Shown here: positions 23,199-31,857 of the stretch, piece after piece
Layout: every line of letters begins with the position of its first letter
How positions within the stretch are numbered: the first letter of the stretch is position 1
IMG/VR virus record: IMGVR_UViG_3300009285_000008
Strand: one strand, 5' to 3'
Length of the DNA: 55,058 bases
DNA from: a virus
The notes under the pieces: model-generated
Database searches by the model: none
What the model was told of the DNA's origin: nothing
The model's input: only the letters and a program-made list of their open reading frames with translations
Program-made: the position numbers and the translations under genes

Positions 23199-23393
23199 TC
23201 AGGTCGGCACCGAGCTCCATTTGCGGGCCGGAACGCACATCGGGGCAAAGTCCGTCTCGCTCAGCGGCAACTTCGCCAACGCCTGTTCGGCGATCTCCTG
23301 CAATCGCCGGGCCGCAATCACCGATTTGCCGAGATCGAAGTCCCGAATCTGACACAGCGCCTCGGTGGCGATTTCCAGCAGGTCATCATTCAT
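23199..23393 (-). CDS. hypothetical protein
   Basis: 64-aa ORF with helical, acidic sequence. It is the first gene after the terminator at 23405-23446. Confidence 0.45.
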   Translation of the reverse strand: MNDDLLEIATEALCQIRDFDLGKSVIAARRLQEIAEQALAKLPLSETDFAPMCVPARKWSSVPT

Positions 23394-23404
23394 CGTTCAG
23401 CACC

Positions 23405-23446
23405 AAAAACCCGGCGCGGGGCGTATGCGGCGTTTCCCGCGCCGGG
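23405..23446 (-). terminator. intrinsic terminator
   Basis: On the minus strand: CCCGGCGCGGG (23446-23436), a 15-nt loop, CCCGCGCCGGG (23420-23410), then TTTTT (23409-23405). This is a perfect 11-bp GC stem. Confidence 0.65.
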
Positions 23447-23480
23447 CCTCGGAGGGGAAGAAGTTTTGCAAGGCTCCCCC

Positions 23481-23666
23481 TCATCGTCGTCTCTTCGGCG
23501 GTACATGCTTCGCTCGTTCGCGTAGCTGTCCGAGCCAATGCGTGACGACGCCCACGCCGGCCGTGACCAGCAGTTCACGGTGCGTCGGCAGGCAGTACGC
23601 GCCAACCAGGCAGGTCGCGAACAGCGCGACCACCACGATGGCCTCGACAGTCGCATCAGACATCAC
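23481..23666 (-). CDS. small membrane protein (holin-like size and topology)
   Basis: 61 aa; one or two hydrophobic segments, then a basic tail KHVPPKRRR. Confidence 0.45.
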   Translation of the reverse strand: MMSDATVEAIVVVALFATCLVGAYCLPTHRELLVTAGVGVVTHWLGQLRERAKHVPPKRRR

Positions 23667-23901
23667 CCTCTCCCGCGTGGCCGTTGAAGAGCATCAGGCT
23701 GAGCCGGAAGCCGACTAGCGCCAACGCGCCGATCAGCACGGACGCGACGAATGAAATCCCTACGTCGCGATCAGTGATACGCAGCGGCTCTTCGCCGGTC
23801 AGCACTTGGCACGCCTGCCAAAGTGACGCAGCGAACACCGCTACGGTCGTCAGCGTGGTCGGGGTGTCCAGCCAGCGCCGCAGGGTCGGGGCAAGTTTCA
23901 T
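23656..23901 (-). CDS. two-TM membrane protein (holin-like)
   Basis: 81 aa; TLTTVAVFAASLWQACQVL and GISFVASVLIGALALVGF; GAGGAG RBS. Confidence 0.45.
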   Translation of the reverse strand: MKLAPTLRRWLDTPTTLTTVAVFAASLWQACQVLTGEEPLRITDRDVGISFVASVLIGALALVGFRLSLMLFNGHAGEGDV

Positions 23902-24080
23902 CGTCTGCTCCTCGCATATAATTTACGCAAAATCGGTAAGGCATGCAAGACTGACCGTGTAATCGATAGGATTCGCCGGTCGGTCCGCAAAATCGGTAAA
24001 ACGAAGGCGTAGATGTCGGCGGCGGGCTCGGCCACCCCCGACGCCGCGAAGTCCAAATTGACCAGAACGCTCGGAAGCAT
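23898..24080 (-). CDS. doubtful 60-aa ORF filling the fiber-to-membrane-protein gap
   Basis: ATGA overlap with the downstream gene and GC-rich third positions in the first half. However, it contains the duplicated 14-mer and the promoter-like sequence. Confidence 0.25.
   Translation of the reverse strand: MLPSVLVNLDFAASGVAEPAADIYAFVLPILRTDRRILSITRSVLHALPILRKLYARSRR
23920..23948 (-). promoter_or_regulatory. candidate promoter for the membrane-protein cluster
   Basis: On the minus strand: TTGCAT (23948-23943), 17-nt spacer, TAAATT (23925-23920). The spacer contains TTACCGATTTTGCG, which is repeated 60 bp upstream (23986-23999). Confidence 0.35.
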
Positions 24081-24083
24081 CGT

Positions 24084-25724
24084 CTAGCCCTGTGCCGTGT
24101 AGCCGGTCACGTCAACGCAATGCGCGATCGACGCAGAGGTCGTCAGCGTCAGCGCGGTGTTCGCCGTGATCTTCTTGGGAGTCAGAAACCGCAGGACGCA
24201 ACCGCGGCCCGCGACCGCTTCGAGGTAGTACGGCCCCAGAACTTTCGTGGCAGTTTCCTCAAAGAACAAGTTGATAGCCGTCGCGGCTCCACTGCTGAAC
24301 ACGATGTCGGTCACATAGAGCGACAGACCGGCGCCGGGCGCGGCGTGAACTGCCGCATCAGTCTGAGCGGTCGAAGTGTCGAGGTGATAGCTCCATACCT
24401 GCGGGCCATGCGGACGAGCAAAGATAGCGCCGTCCCAGTCGGTCGCAAGCCGCGCCGCATCCGACTCGGCACTGACGCGGTTCGGCGGGGCCGTGTCGTC
24501 ACAACTCTGGGCCACGCCACACGTCAGGACCGGATTGCCGGCGGCGGCCGCGTCGTGGGCCACGTCGCCGACCACTTCGAGCGTGTTGGTGCTGGCCGGC
24601 AGCGTCACGATGTCCACGTTGCCGATATTATTATCACCGGCAGGGAGCGATGCCACTACGTCTACCTGTAGCTCGCTGCCCGCCAGAGCAGCATCCAGCG
24701 CGTCATCATGCGTCCAGAGAGCACCGCTAGCGTCCGTGCGCAATGGAACAAAATCGCCTTCAACAGGCGTGAGGGCCGACAGCGCATCATCGCGGACCGC
24801 CAACGCCGCAACCCCTGTATCGGTTGCTCCCGCCGCGGTATCGATCGCCTTACCGAGGTGGGTCGCGCCTGTACCAGGCACGACCGATGTAGTGACGCTG
24901 CTGACGGCAACGGTGCCATCAACAGTGAGGGAGCCGGCGTCATCGTCAACGCTAATGACGCCGCTGTGTTTGACCCACAATGCGCCGTTCGCATCGACTC
25001 GCAACGGCGCATAGTCGCCCTCGATAGGGGTGATCGCTGCAAGCACATCGTCCCGGACGGCGAACGGCACGATACCGGTATCCGTCGCGCCTGCGACAGC
25101 ATCGGCAGCCTTGCCAAGATTAGTCGCTTCGGTCCCCGGAATGACGCTCGTTACATCAACGTCGCCGATGTCCACGCCGCTGTTGGCCGCCAGCTTTCCC
25201 ACGGCGGCGGTGCCGGCCCCCAACTTCACAACGCCTGTCCCGTCCGTCGGCAAGGTCACGCGAACCGCCGTGGCTTCGAGGCCAGCGCCGATGGGAGCCG
25301 ACGCGCCGCCGATCTGTGTAACGTTGAAGCCCGCGCCCGACACGGCGTTGTCGATCAACTCGACGGCAGTCTTAATCGCGGCGGCCGACGCTTCGGTGCA
25401 GTTCAAGCTCCCGGCTGTGGCCTGCGCAGCCGTCACCGTACCGATGCTTGCTACGCCGGCCGCGAGCTTTCCGATCTCGGCGGTTCCCGCACCCAGCACC
25501 ACGGCTTCGCTGTCGAGCGTCACCTTGATGTCGCTGTGATCGCTAGCGAGCACAACGGGAACGCTTGCGGCGGCGAGTTGTTGTCCGGCGTCAACGTCAT
25601 TGTCGGCCGCCGCGTCGGCTCCGAGCACCAGCTTGACGCGCGGATAGAGCACGCCCGGCCCGATGTCGTCGGCCGCGAAGGTCGAACCGCCCGCACCGGC
25701 ATTTGCAACATAGTTGTCAGCCAT
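24084..25724 (-). CDS. tail fiber-like protein
   Basis: 546 aa; Ala/Gly/Thr-rich. Internal duplication: VRDDVLAAITPIEGDYAPLRVDANGALW versus VRDDALSALTPVEGDFVPLRTDASGALW. It is the last large gene of the tail module. Confidence 0.6.
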   Translation of the reverse strand: MADNYVANAGAGGSTFAADDIGPGVLYPRVKLVLGADAAADNDVDAGQQLAAASVPVVLASDHSDIKVTLDSEAVVLGAGTAEIGKLAAGVASIGTVTAAQATAGSLNCTEASAAAIKTAVELIDNAVSGAGFNVTQIGGASAPIGAGLEATAVRVTLPTDGTGVVKLGAGTAAVGKLAANSGVDIGDVDVTSVIPGTEATNLGKAADAVAGATDTGIVPFAVRDDVLAAITPIEGDYAPLRVDANGALWVKHSGVISVDDDAGSLTVDGTVAVSSVTTSVVPGTGATHLGKAIDTAAGATDTGVAALAVRDDALSALTPVEGDFVPLRTDASGALWTHDDALDAALAGSELQVDVVASLPAGDNNIGNVDIVTLPASTNTLEVVGDVAHDAAAAGNPVLTCGVAQSCDDTAPPNRVSAESDAARLATDWDGAIFARPHGPQVWSYHLDTSTAQTDAAVHAAPGAGLSLYVTDIVFSSGAATAINLFFEETATKVLGPYYLEAVAGRGCVLRFLTPKKITANTALTLTTSASIAHCVDVTGYTAQG

Positions 25725-25727
25725 TGT

Positions 25728-27185
25728 TCATCCTCCCCACCAGCCGCCACTGCCGCCGCCCGCGTCTTGATGCTGTACAGCCCCACCGTCTTTGTAGGCC
25801 GTTGTGGCGCTGCCGCGAAACGCTCCCGGAAACGCCGCCGCCCGACACGCCGCTCCGCCGCCAGCGGTATTGTTCAGTGAGAAGTCGTCGTTCGCGGCAT
25901 CCGTGAATGGGTCCGCCGACAGCGCCACATCGTTGGCTCCGGCCGATTGATTCTGATAGTTGCTGGAAACATTAGCGCCGACGAAATTGTAGTCCCACAT
26001 CCCGCGAGCGATTCGATCGTTCAGGGCGGCGGACCCGGCCGCTACGGCAATTCCGTAGGCTCCATTATTGTACGCGATGCAGTTCTGAACGTGTGCATTC
26101 AGGGCCGTCGCCGACGTGGGGAAGTAGAACCCCGACGATCCATTTCCGTAGGCGATGCAGTTGCGGAACGACATCTTGTACGATTCAGTGGTAACCTCAC
26201 TGGAAAAGCCATGCCTTTTGCAGTCCTTGGCGATGCAGTCCTCGAATGATGCAATCGTATTGATCGACGCTCCAAATCCATCGCCCCGCACGTTCTTAAC
26301 GAAGCAACCTACTGCACGTGCACCGTAGCCGCCTAAATCTATTGCGACTTTCGTTCCCGCCGTCGTGACTCCGGTATTGTCTACGAACACATCGAACGCA
26401 TGAACGCAGGCTAGAGCCACCGCATCAATACCATTCATGTCGAATCGCAGGTTTCTTGCGGTGTTATCCTTCGCTACACCTGGTGCATCGAATATGCCAT
26501 AACCTACAAGTCCTAAGTTCGTACCCCGCTTGAACTTTATGTTCTCGATGTGGTAATTGATGACTTGATACCAGATGACCCCGCCGTAGAGTATCTGTGG
26601 CCTGCCGTTGTAGCCCTTTACCTGGATTCGGCCGGCCGTACTGTTGCCGTTGGCGTTGCCCGACCAATAGCCGGCCCCTGTGCCCGTCCAGTTGAAATCA
26701 TCGACGGTAGGGGTGTCCGTGCCCGCTCCGCGAACCCACACCGTGTGTCCAGCCGCCAGCGGCGACGTGATCGCCGGGGATGAAAGCCCGCCGTTGCCCA
26801 CGCCGGCCAGATTCTCGAATGAGGCAAACGCGCCGCCCAACTTGCCTACGCCCGCCGATCCCGCCCCGGCGGCGCTCGGCGTCCGATCCACCGTTACGGT
26901 GTTGGTATTGGTGTGGGCAGTGATGAAGTAGTAGCCTACGTCGAAGTTGGTCCCCGCAGAGATGCGGATGCAGTTGCCGATCATGGCGGCCGTGAATCCA
27001 CCCGTGGCACTCGTCAACGTGGTGACGCCCGCTCCGGAGGTCGCCAAATCCGACAAGGACAATTGTGCGGCGTCCTGATCGGTGTAGTCCGTGGCTGCCC
27101 CGGCAATTCCGGGATCATACCCACCACCGTTGGCGGCGGCCCCGCCGGCCCGGATGCGCCACTCGGCTGTTGCTGCGATTGCCAT
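25728..27185 (-). CDS. right-handed beta-helix tailspike/depolymerase-like protein
   Basis: 485 aa; repeated NCIAYGNGSSGF / NCIAYNNGAYGI / CIAKDC turns typical of pectate-lyase-fold repeats. Confidence 0.65.
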   Translation of the reverse strand: MAIAATAEWRIRAGGAAANGGGYDPGIAGAATDYTDQDAAQLSLSDLATSGAGVTTLTSATGGFTAAMIGNCIRISAGTNFDVGYYFITAHTNTNTVTVDRTPSAAGAGSAGVGKLGGAFASFENLAGVGNGGLSSPAITSPLAAGHTVWVRGAGTDTPTVDDFNWTGTGAGYWSGNANGNSTAGRIQVKGYNGRPQILYGGVIWYQVINYHIENIKFKRGTNLGLVGYGIFDAPGVAKDNTARNLRFDMNGIDAVALACVHAFDVFVDNTGVTTAGTKVAIDLGGYGARAVGCFVKNVRGDGFGASINTIASFEDCIAKDCKRHGFSSEVTTESYKMSFRNCIAYGNGSSGFYFPTSATALNAHVQNCIAYNNGAYGIAVAAGSAALNDRIARGMWDYNFVGANVSSNYQNQSAGANDVALSADPFTDAANDDFSLNNTAGGGAACRAAAFPGAFRGSATTAYKDGGAVQHQDAGGGSGGWWGG

Positions 27186-27506
27186 TTACCGGGTCACCAG
27201 CGTCCGCACGCATGGCTTCGCGATCACGTTCGCAACGCCGCCGCCGTTGAGCTGTGTCTGATAGGCCAGCAGTTGGGTCACGATGTTGTTCACGTCCGCG
27301 CCGGTCAGCCGCGAGATTCCCTCGCGGTCGCGGCCATCGTCCACCGCCGTCGCGTCGTTCGGAAAGAGAGTCGAGATGCCGGCGAACCACGCCACGGTCG
27401 CGGCGTCCACGTCGGGCTTGAGGTCGCGGAACCGCTCGGCAAGCGGGCGCACCACTTCGTTGACGTACTTGATCGCAATGGGATTCGTGATTGGCATATC
27501 AGCCAC
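27186..27506 (-). CDS. hypothetical tail-module protein
   Basis: 106-aa ORF abutting the tailspike gene. Confidence 0.5.
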   Translation of the reverse strand: MADMPITNPIAIKYVNEVVRPLAERFRDLKPDVDAATVAWFAGISTLFPNDATAVDDGRDREGISRLTGADVNNIVTQLLAYQTQLNGGGVANVIAKPCVRTLVTR

Positions 27507-27559
27507 TCCTCAAATAGACCCGCATCAGCCCGGCGTCGCCGGCCGCGGCCAGTGAAACG

Positions 27560-27946
27560 CTACCTTGCCAGCGCATAAAACACGCACAGTCCCTTTTTCA
27601 CGTTGCCGGCAGCCGCGACCGCAAACAGCGACGGGCATCGCACCCAGACCTCTTCGTGCCGGTCGGCCGCCGCTGAGGCCCGGTACAGATCGACAACCTC
27701 GACAGCGGTCGCGCTGCGGTTCGCCAGTAGGGCGCTCAGGTGATCCACGCCTTGCCGATCCTTCAGCGTGATATCATACAGCGTGGTCGGGGCCGCCACG
27801 CTATCCGGCACCGTCACGGCATGGTCTAGCACGCCCTGAATGTCGAGCCAGTCCGAGGCGTTGCCGCTCGCATCGCTGGTCCAGTGGACCTCGTAGACCG
27901 TGCAGCCGACGTAGCGGCGAGCCAGCAACGAGACGGTACCTACCAT
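27560..27946 (-). CDS. hypothetical tail-module protein (paralog of 28116-28565)
   Basis: Part of ORF 27560-28105. ATG 27946 was chosen because the product then aligns end to end with its upstream paralog (HWTSDASGN / RWTFSADTATG; YDITLKDRQGVDHL / YTITILDAYGQDVL). Confidence 0.45.
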   Translation of the reverse strand: MVGTVSLLARRYVGCTVYEVHWTSDASGNASDWLDIQGVLDHAVTVPDSVAAPTTLYDITLKDRQGVDHLSALLANRSATAVEVVDLYRASAAADRHEEVWVRCPSLFAVAAAGNVKKGLCVFYALAR

Positions 27947-28115
27947 CGCGGCCACCCAACTCGCAGAAAGACACGACCACACGGACGGCCATACCAATTG
28001 CGACCACACCAATTGCAGCACGCGCGCAACGACCAATAATAGCCCGTACACGCACCGCCGTTCATTCGCCAACGAAGCTCGCCGTAAACGCGAACTAGTT
28101 TCCACAATACGTTTT

Positions 28116-28565
28116 TCATCGCGTCATTCCGGCGTGGTCCAGCCGCGCCGCGTAACCGGGCGCCCAGTATACATCTAGTTGGCCCTTGCACAAGTCGGTA
28201 GGATCGACGGCCGTGAACGTGAAGCGGTGACAGCCCGCGACGATCAGCGGACGGTCGCCGGCCGACGCGACCGCAACGGTTAGATCATCCTGCTGCGGGT
28301 CTACGTTGTTGCTGACCTGAGATACCAGCTTACCGCGCAGTACATCCTGTCCGTAGGCATCCAGGATCGTGATTGTGTAGGTCTCGGTTATGCCGACGCC
28401 CGTCACCATGCAGGACAACCGATAGAGCGTGCCGAGCCAGCACCAGCCGGTCATTGGCCACGAGACCAACCCGGTAGCCGTATCGGCCGAGAACGTCCAG
28501 CGCGTCAGCATGAGGCCGGCGCGTTGCGGGTAGTGCAGGACCGAAATGAACTGCGGGGCGGCCAT
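28116..28565 (-). CDS. hypothetical tail-module protein
   Basis: 149-aa ORF; paralog of 27560-27946. Confidence 0.5.
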   Translation of the reverse strand: MAAPQFISVLHYPQRAGLMLTRWTFSADTATGLVSWPMTGWCWLGTLYRLSCMVTGVGITETYTITILDAYGQDVLRGKLVSQVSNNVDPQQDDLTVAVASAGDRPLIVAGCHRFTFTAVDPTDLCKGQLDVYWAPGYAARLDHAGMTR

Positions 28566-28568
28566 AGG

Positions 28569-28775
28569 TTATAGCGGCGCGCGCACTCCATCCGGCTCTT
28601 CCGGCCGGCAGAGAATGCCGACGATCGTAACGGTAACGAGACCGTTAACTAGCACGTGGGGATGCCACTCCTGCACTCGGATCGTTCGTCCATCAGTCAA
28701 GGTCAGCGGGCCTTCCAGCGGCGGACGAAGTACAAAGCCATTCGCCAGGTCAGGATCAGGTGTCGTAACAATCAT
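28569..28775 (-). CDS. hypothetical protein
   Basis: Part of ORF 28569-28898. ATG 28775 forms an ATGA overlap with the upstream stop. Confidence 0.4.
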   Translation of the reverse strand: MIVTTPDPDLANGFVLRPPLEGPLTLTDGRTIRVQEWHPHVLVNGLVTVTIVGILCRPEEPDGVRAPL

Positions 28776-29653
28776 GATGTCGCTCCAAGTCCAGTCGATA
28801 CAACCGTCATGGCGGACGACCAGTCTGCCTTGCCGCCCTTCAGGGTCAGCGTCCCGGTGATCGATGCCAGGTTGCCCTTGAAGTATCCGCCGGGCCATAC
28901 CTCGACAGCAGTAAATACTTTGGCGTAGCTTCGCCGCACGGCATTCAGGACGCCGCCGAACACGCGGGTAGTCGTGTACGTTGCGGCCGTTGGCTGGGCC
29001 GTGCCGTCGGCGTCGAACACGGCACCGTCCTCAACCTCAACGAGCGTGACGGTCCCGGTCGCCGTATTGACATGCTTGAGGTACCCACTCTTGAGGTAGA
29101 CCGACGCACTCGCGAGCGTGGCCGCGCAATTGATATCGCCGCCGTCCAGCCGCGCCGTCGTGACCACCACGCCATTCTCAAGGTCGATTTGGCAGTCGGT
29201 GAACGGGCTGCCAAGGTGCTGCGTCTCCCACAACGTCAGCGTGACGCCAGACAGGATCGAGACGTAGCCGCGCTGCACGCGCAGCGGGTTCAGTGTCCCG
29301 GCCGTCACGACGACGCCTTTGCTGGGCTGCATGGGGGCGTCCAGCACGTTCAGCTCGCCGCCCTCGATGTCAAAGTAGCAGCCGGTAGAAATGGGCGCAT
29401 CGACGACGACCGTGGCGGTCGTGTTGATCTGGACTGGCGCGCCCGACGAGCCGATGCCTTTGGTATAGTCGCGTCCGACCAGGATCGTCAGGCCTGTGAC
29501 AGCGTTAAAGGCCGTACCGCCGGCCGGCGCGTTGGTCGGGGTGCCGTTGAAGCGCGCCACCTCGGAGTTGATCGGTACCGCGGCGGTTGACCAGTTAGCG
29601 GCCGTGCCGAGGTCGCTCGACGTGCCGCCCGTCCAGTAGTGTGGACCTGCCAT
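28772..29653 (-). CDS. tail/baseplate protein, beta-rich
   Basis: 293-aa ORF; Gly/Thr/Val-rich repetitive beta-like sequence; tail module context. Confidence 0.5.
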   Translation of the reverse strand: MAGPHYWTGGTSSDLGTAANWSTAAVPINSEVARFNGTPTNAPAGGTAFNAVTGLTILVGRDYTKGIGSSGAPVQINTTATVVVDAPISTGCYFDIEGGELNVLDAPMQPSKGVVVTAGTLNPLRVQRGYVSILSGVTLTLWETQHLGSPFTDCQIDLENGVVVTTARLDGGDINCAATLASASVYLKSGYLKHVNTATGTVTLVEVEDGAVFDADGTAQPTAATYTTTRVFGGVLNAVRRSYAKVFTAVEVWPGGYFKGNLASITGTLTLKGGKADWSSAMTVVSTGLGATS

Positions 29654-29657
29654 TATC

Positions 29658-29861
29658 CTATATCCTCTGCGGCTCGTGGCCGCTGTTCGTCACGTTCAGG
29701 GCCGCGCCCGCGATGCGAGCGCCAACGCCAATGATCCAGAGTCCGAGCCGGACGCGCCACAGCCTGCGTATCCGCACCGCAACGTCGAACATCGGGATAA
29801 GCGTCGTGGCGTCAATGTCTACAGTCCGCATCATTTTGCCTCGGTGCATTTCATAGCTCAA
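29658..29861 (-). CDS. small membrane-like protein
   Basis: 67-aa ORF with the hydrophobic segment LGLWIIGVGARIAGAAL. Confidence 0.35.
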   Translation of the reverse strand: MSYEMHRGKMMRTVDIDATTLIPMFDVAVRIRRLWRVRLGLWIIGVGARIAGAALNVTNSGHEPQRI

Positions 29862-30534
29862 AAAGGCTGAATCGCGTTATCGTAACATGAAAACTAGCAC
29901 CGGGTCTGCCCCATTCATTCACCCAAAAACCTCCAAGAAAAAGAGTGAAATACGTGTAAGCAGCCGGCCCACGCCAAATCAAAGCCTGACCGCTTTTTGA
30001 TCCATAAGAACGCGAACCACAGGCTGCCATGTTCCCAGGAACTAATACCTGATCCATTATGATCTGGCTTCCTGCTATCATGTTCGGTATCCCGCCCCCG
30101 CCCCAGGCAATATGAAGGCTTGGTTCACTGCCTGGTGGTGCGGGAATGGTCCTATAGCCCGAATCCGACAGCTCATGCGCCGTGTAAGCCCACTCCAGGC
30201 GCACCTGCCGCAACGGCGAAGACGGAGGCAAGCTACAAAACGGGGCATTAAAAAACCTGTTCCCGCCAATGTCTTCCCACTGGCAAAGCCTGAAGTCATC
30301 GACGCAACAGTATGCGTTGGGAACTTGGCGCATCCAAAATACCATCGGGACGGGACACAGACCACCGCACGTCCTCACGTCCCCCAGCCGCGGCGCTTGC
30401 GGCGGTGCTGGCTGGCCGAACGGCACGGGCACCAATGGCCGGATGCTGCGGTCGTAGGGCATGCACAGCTCGACGTTGCCGACGCGCTGGCCGGGCTGCC
30501 ACACGGTGCAGAGCTGTACATCGGCCGTGCTCAT
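29851..30534 (-). CDS. Cys-rich tail-module protein
   Basis: Part of ORF 29851-30807. ATG 30534 forms an ATGA overlap. The 3' half is visibly more A/T-rich than its surroundings. Confidence 0.45.
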   Translation of the reverse strand: MSTADVQLCTVWQPGQRVGNVELCMPYDRSIRPLVPVPFGQPAPPQAPRLGDVRTCGGLCPVPMVFWMRQVPNAYCCVDDFRLCQWEDIGGNRFFNAPFCSLPPSSPLRQVRLEWAYTAHELSDSGYRTIPAPPGSEPSLHIAWGGGGIPNMIAGSQIIMDQVLVPGNMAACGSRSYGSKSGQALIWRGPAAYTYFTLFLGGFWVNEWGRPGASFHVTITRFSLFEL

Positions 30535-31085
30535 AAGCAACCCCCGCATGGCCGGCCGCCGTTGAGCTGTGCGGCAAGCTGCTCGATCGACAGGGCCGGG
30601 GCGGACTGGCCAGCGGACGGGGCGGAACCGCCGCCAATCGACGCGCCCGGCCCTGCGCTGGGGTCGCACGTGCCGTGGAAGGGCCAGAGGCAGAAGAAAA
30701 ACGGATTCGGGTCTAGTGTCACAACCGTCCGTGCAATAAACGGAATGTCGTCGCCCGGTCCGACACCGGGGATGGCGCGCTGCAAATCTTTCGTCGCGCC
30801 GCCGCAAAAGACGCGAATCTCAATCGGAACGGCGTTTGGCGGAACATTGCCTCGGCCATCAATCACCCAAGCCATGAAGCGTTCATTGCCGTTGCTGTAT
30901 CCCTGAATGCGTGCCCAACGTATCCCCTTGCCGCGCGTCTGAAATTCTTGCGTCGTATCAATCACGCGACGCGACAGGTCATTGACGCGCCGCACGGTCT
31001 GGTTAAGCCGGTCGGCCGAGATGACCGTCTGGCCCGCAACGTAGTGCGGGATATCGGTGTTTCGACCTATGATCGCGATTGCCAT
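30531..31085 (-). CDS. hypothetical tail-module protein
   Basis: 184-aa ORF. Confidence 0.5.
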   Translation of the reverse strand: MAIAIIGRNTDIPHYVAGQTVISADRLNQTVRRVNDLSRRVIDTTQEFQTRGKGIRWARIQGYSNGNERFMAWVIDGRGNVPPNAVPIEIRVFCGGATKDLQRAIPGVGPGDDIPFIARTVVTLDPNPFFFCLWPFHGTCDPSAGPGASIGGGSAPSAGQSAPALSIEQLAAQLNGGRPCGGCL

Positions 31086-31086
31086 A

Positions 31087-31857
31087 TTACAAAAAGTTGT
31101 TCGATTCTAAGACGCCAAAGTCCACTTCATTGTGAAGCCGTACAAGCCTATCGCTGGTGTCTGGAGGTGAGCCACCGACGCCCGGCTTACCGGTTTCCGG
31201 ATCGGTCCATGTCGCCAGTTCGTCCCATCCGCCTTGACGCGCACGAATCTCGAACAACATCCGCCACGCTACGTCGCCAAGGCCGGCATTGCTAAAACCG
31301 ACTCGTTCGACAAGCCACTCTCTTGCTGCGGCATGACGAAATGGCGCGTCGTTGACTTTGTTGATGTTGTTAGCCGCAATCAACAGAGGATCGATGCCGT
31401 CGTAGAGAATACTTGGATGGATCGACTCTACCGATAAGGAAAACTCAGGGAACAATCCCGTCACGACGGCCGGCTGAATGCCCGAAAACCCTTCTGCCGG
31501 CAGTACGAATACTTTTGTGCGCGATCCATCGGTATTAAGTTCCTTGTTCGTCTGCAGCGCCTCAAGTGCTCCGCCGCCGTTGTAGATGCGGTGGACGGCG
31601 TTGACATACCGGCACGCAATCGTCGCCTGATCGCCGGATAACGCGGTTGGCGTCCACGAGACGCAATGCAAGTTATACAAGATCGGGTGTGCTTCCCAAC
31701 CGCGCGGCACCCCCGGCGTCTCGATCGCCTCTTGCAATGCGTCAGTGCCGCTGAGCCCGTAGACGTGGGCGATGCGCGTAAGCTCCAAGACAACGCCGCC
31801 CTCGCGCACGAGCGACGACTGGTCGAAGATGTCGATGCGTTCAAGTATGCCGGGCAT
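31087..31857 (-). CDS. hypothetical tail-module protein (distal-tail position)
   Basis: 256-aa ORF directly after the tape measure gene. Confidence 0.5.
   Translation of the reverse strand: MPGILERIDIFDQSSLVREGGVVLELTRIAHVYGLSGTDALQEAIETPGVPRGWEAHPILYNLHCVSWTPTALSGDQATIACRYVNAVHRIYNGGGALEALQTNKELNTDGSRTKVFVLPAEGFSGIQPAVVTGLFPEFSLSVESIHPSILYDGIDPLLIAANNINKVNDAPFRHAAAREWLVERVGFSNAGLGDVAWRMLFEIRARQGGWDELATWTDPETGKPGVGGSPPDTSDRLVRLHNEVDFGVLESNNFL

Noticed and set aside
24084-25724. Diversity-generating retroelement in the tail fiber (internal repeat VRDD...GALW x2)
   Set aside because: No reverse transcriptase gene exists anywhere in the window. The two repeat copies differ by ordinary substitutions rather than adenine-specific changes, so this looks like a plain internal domain duplication.
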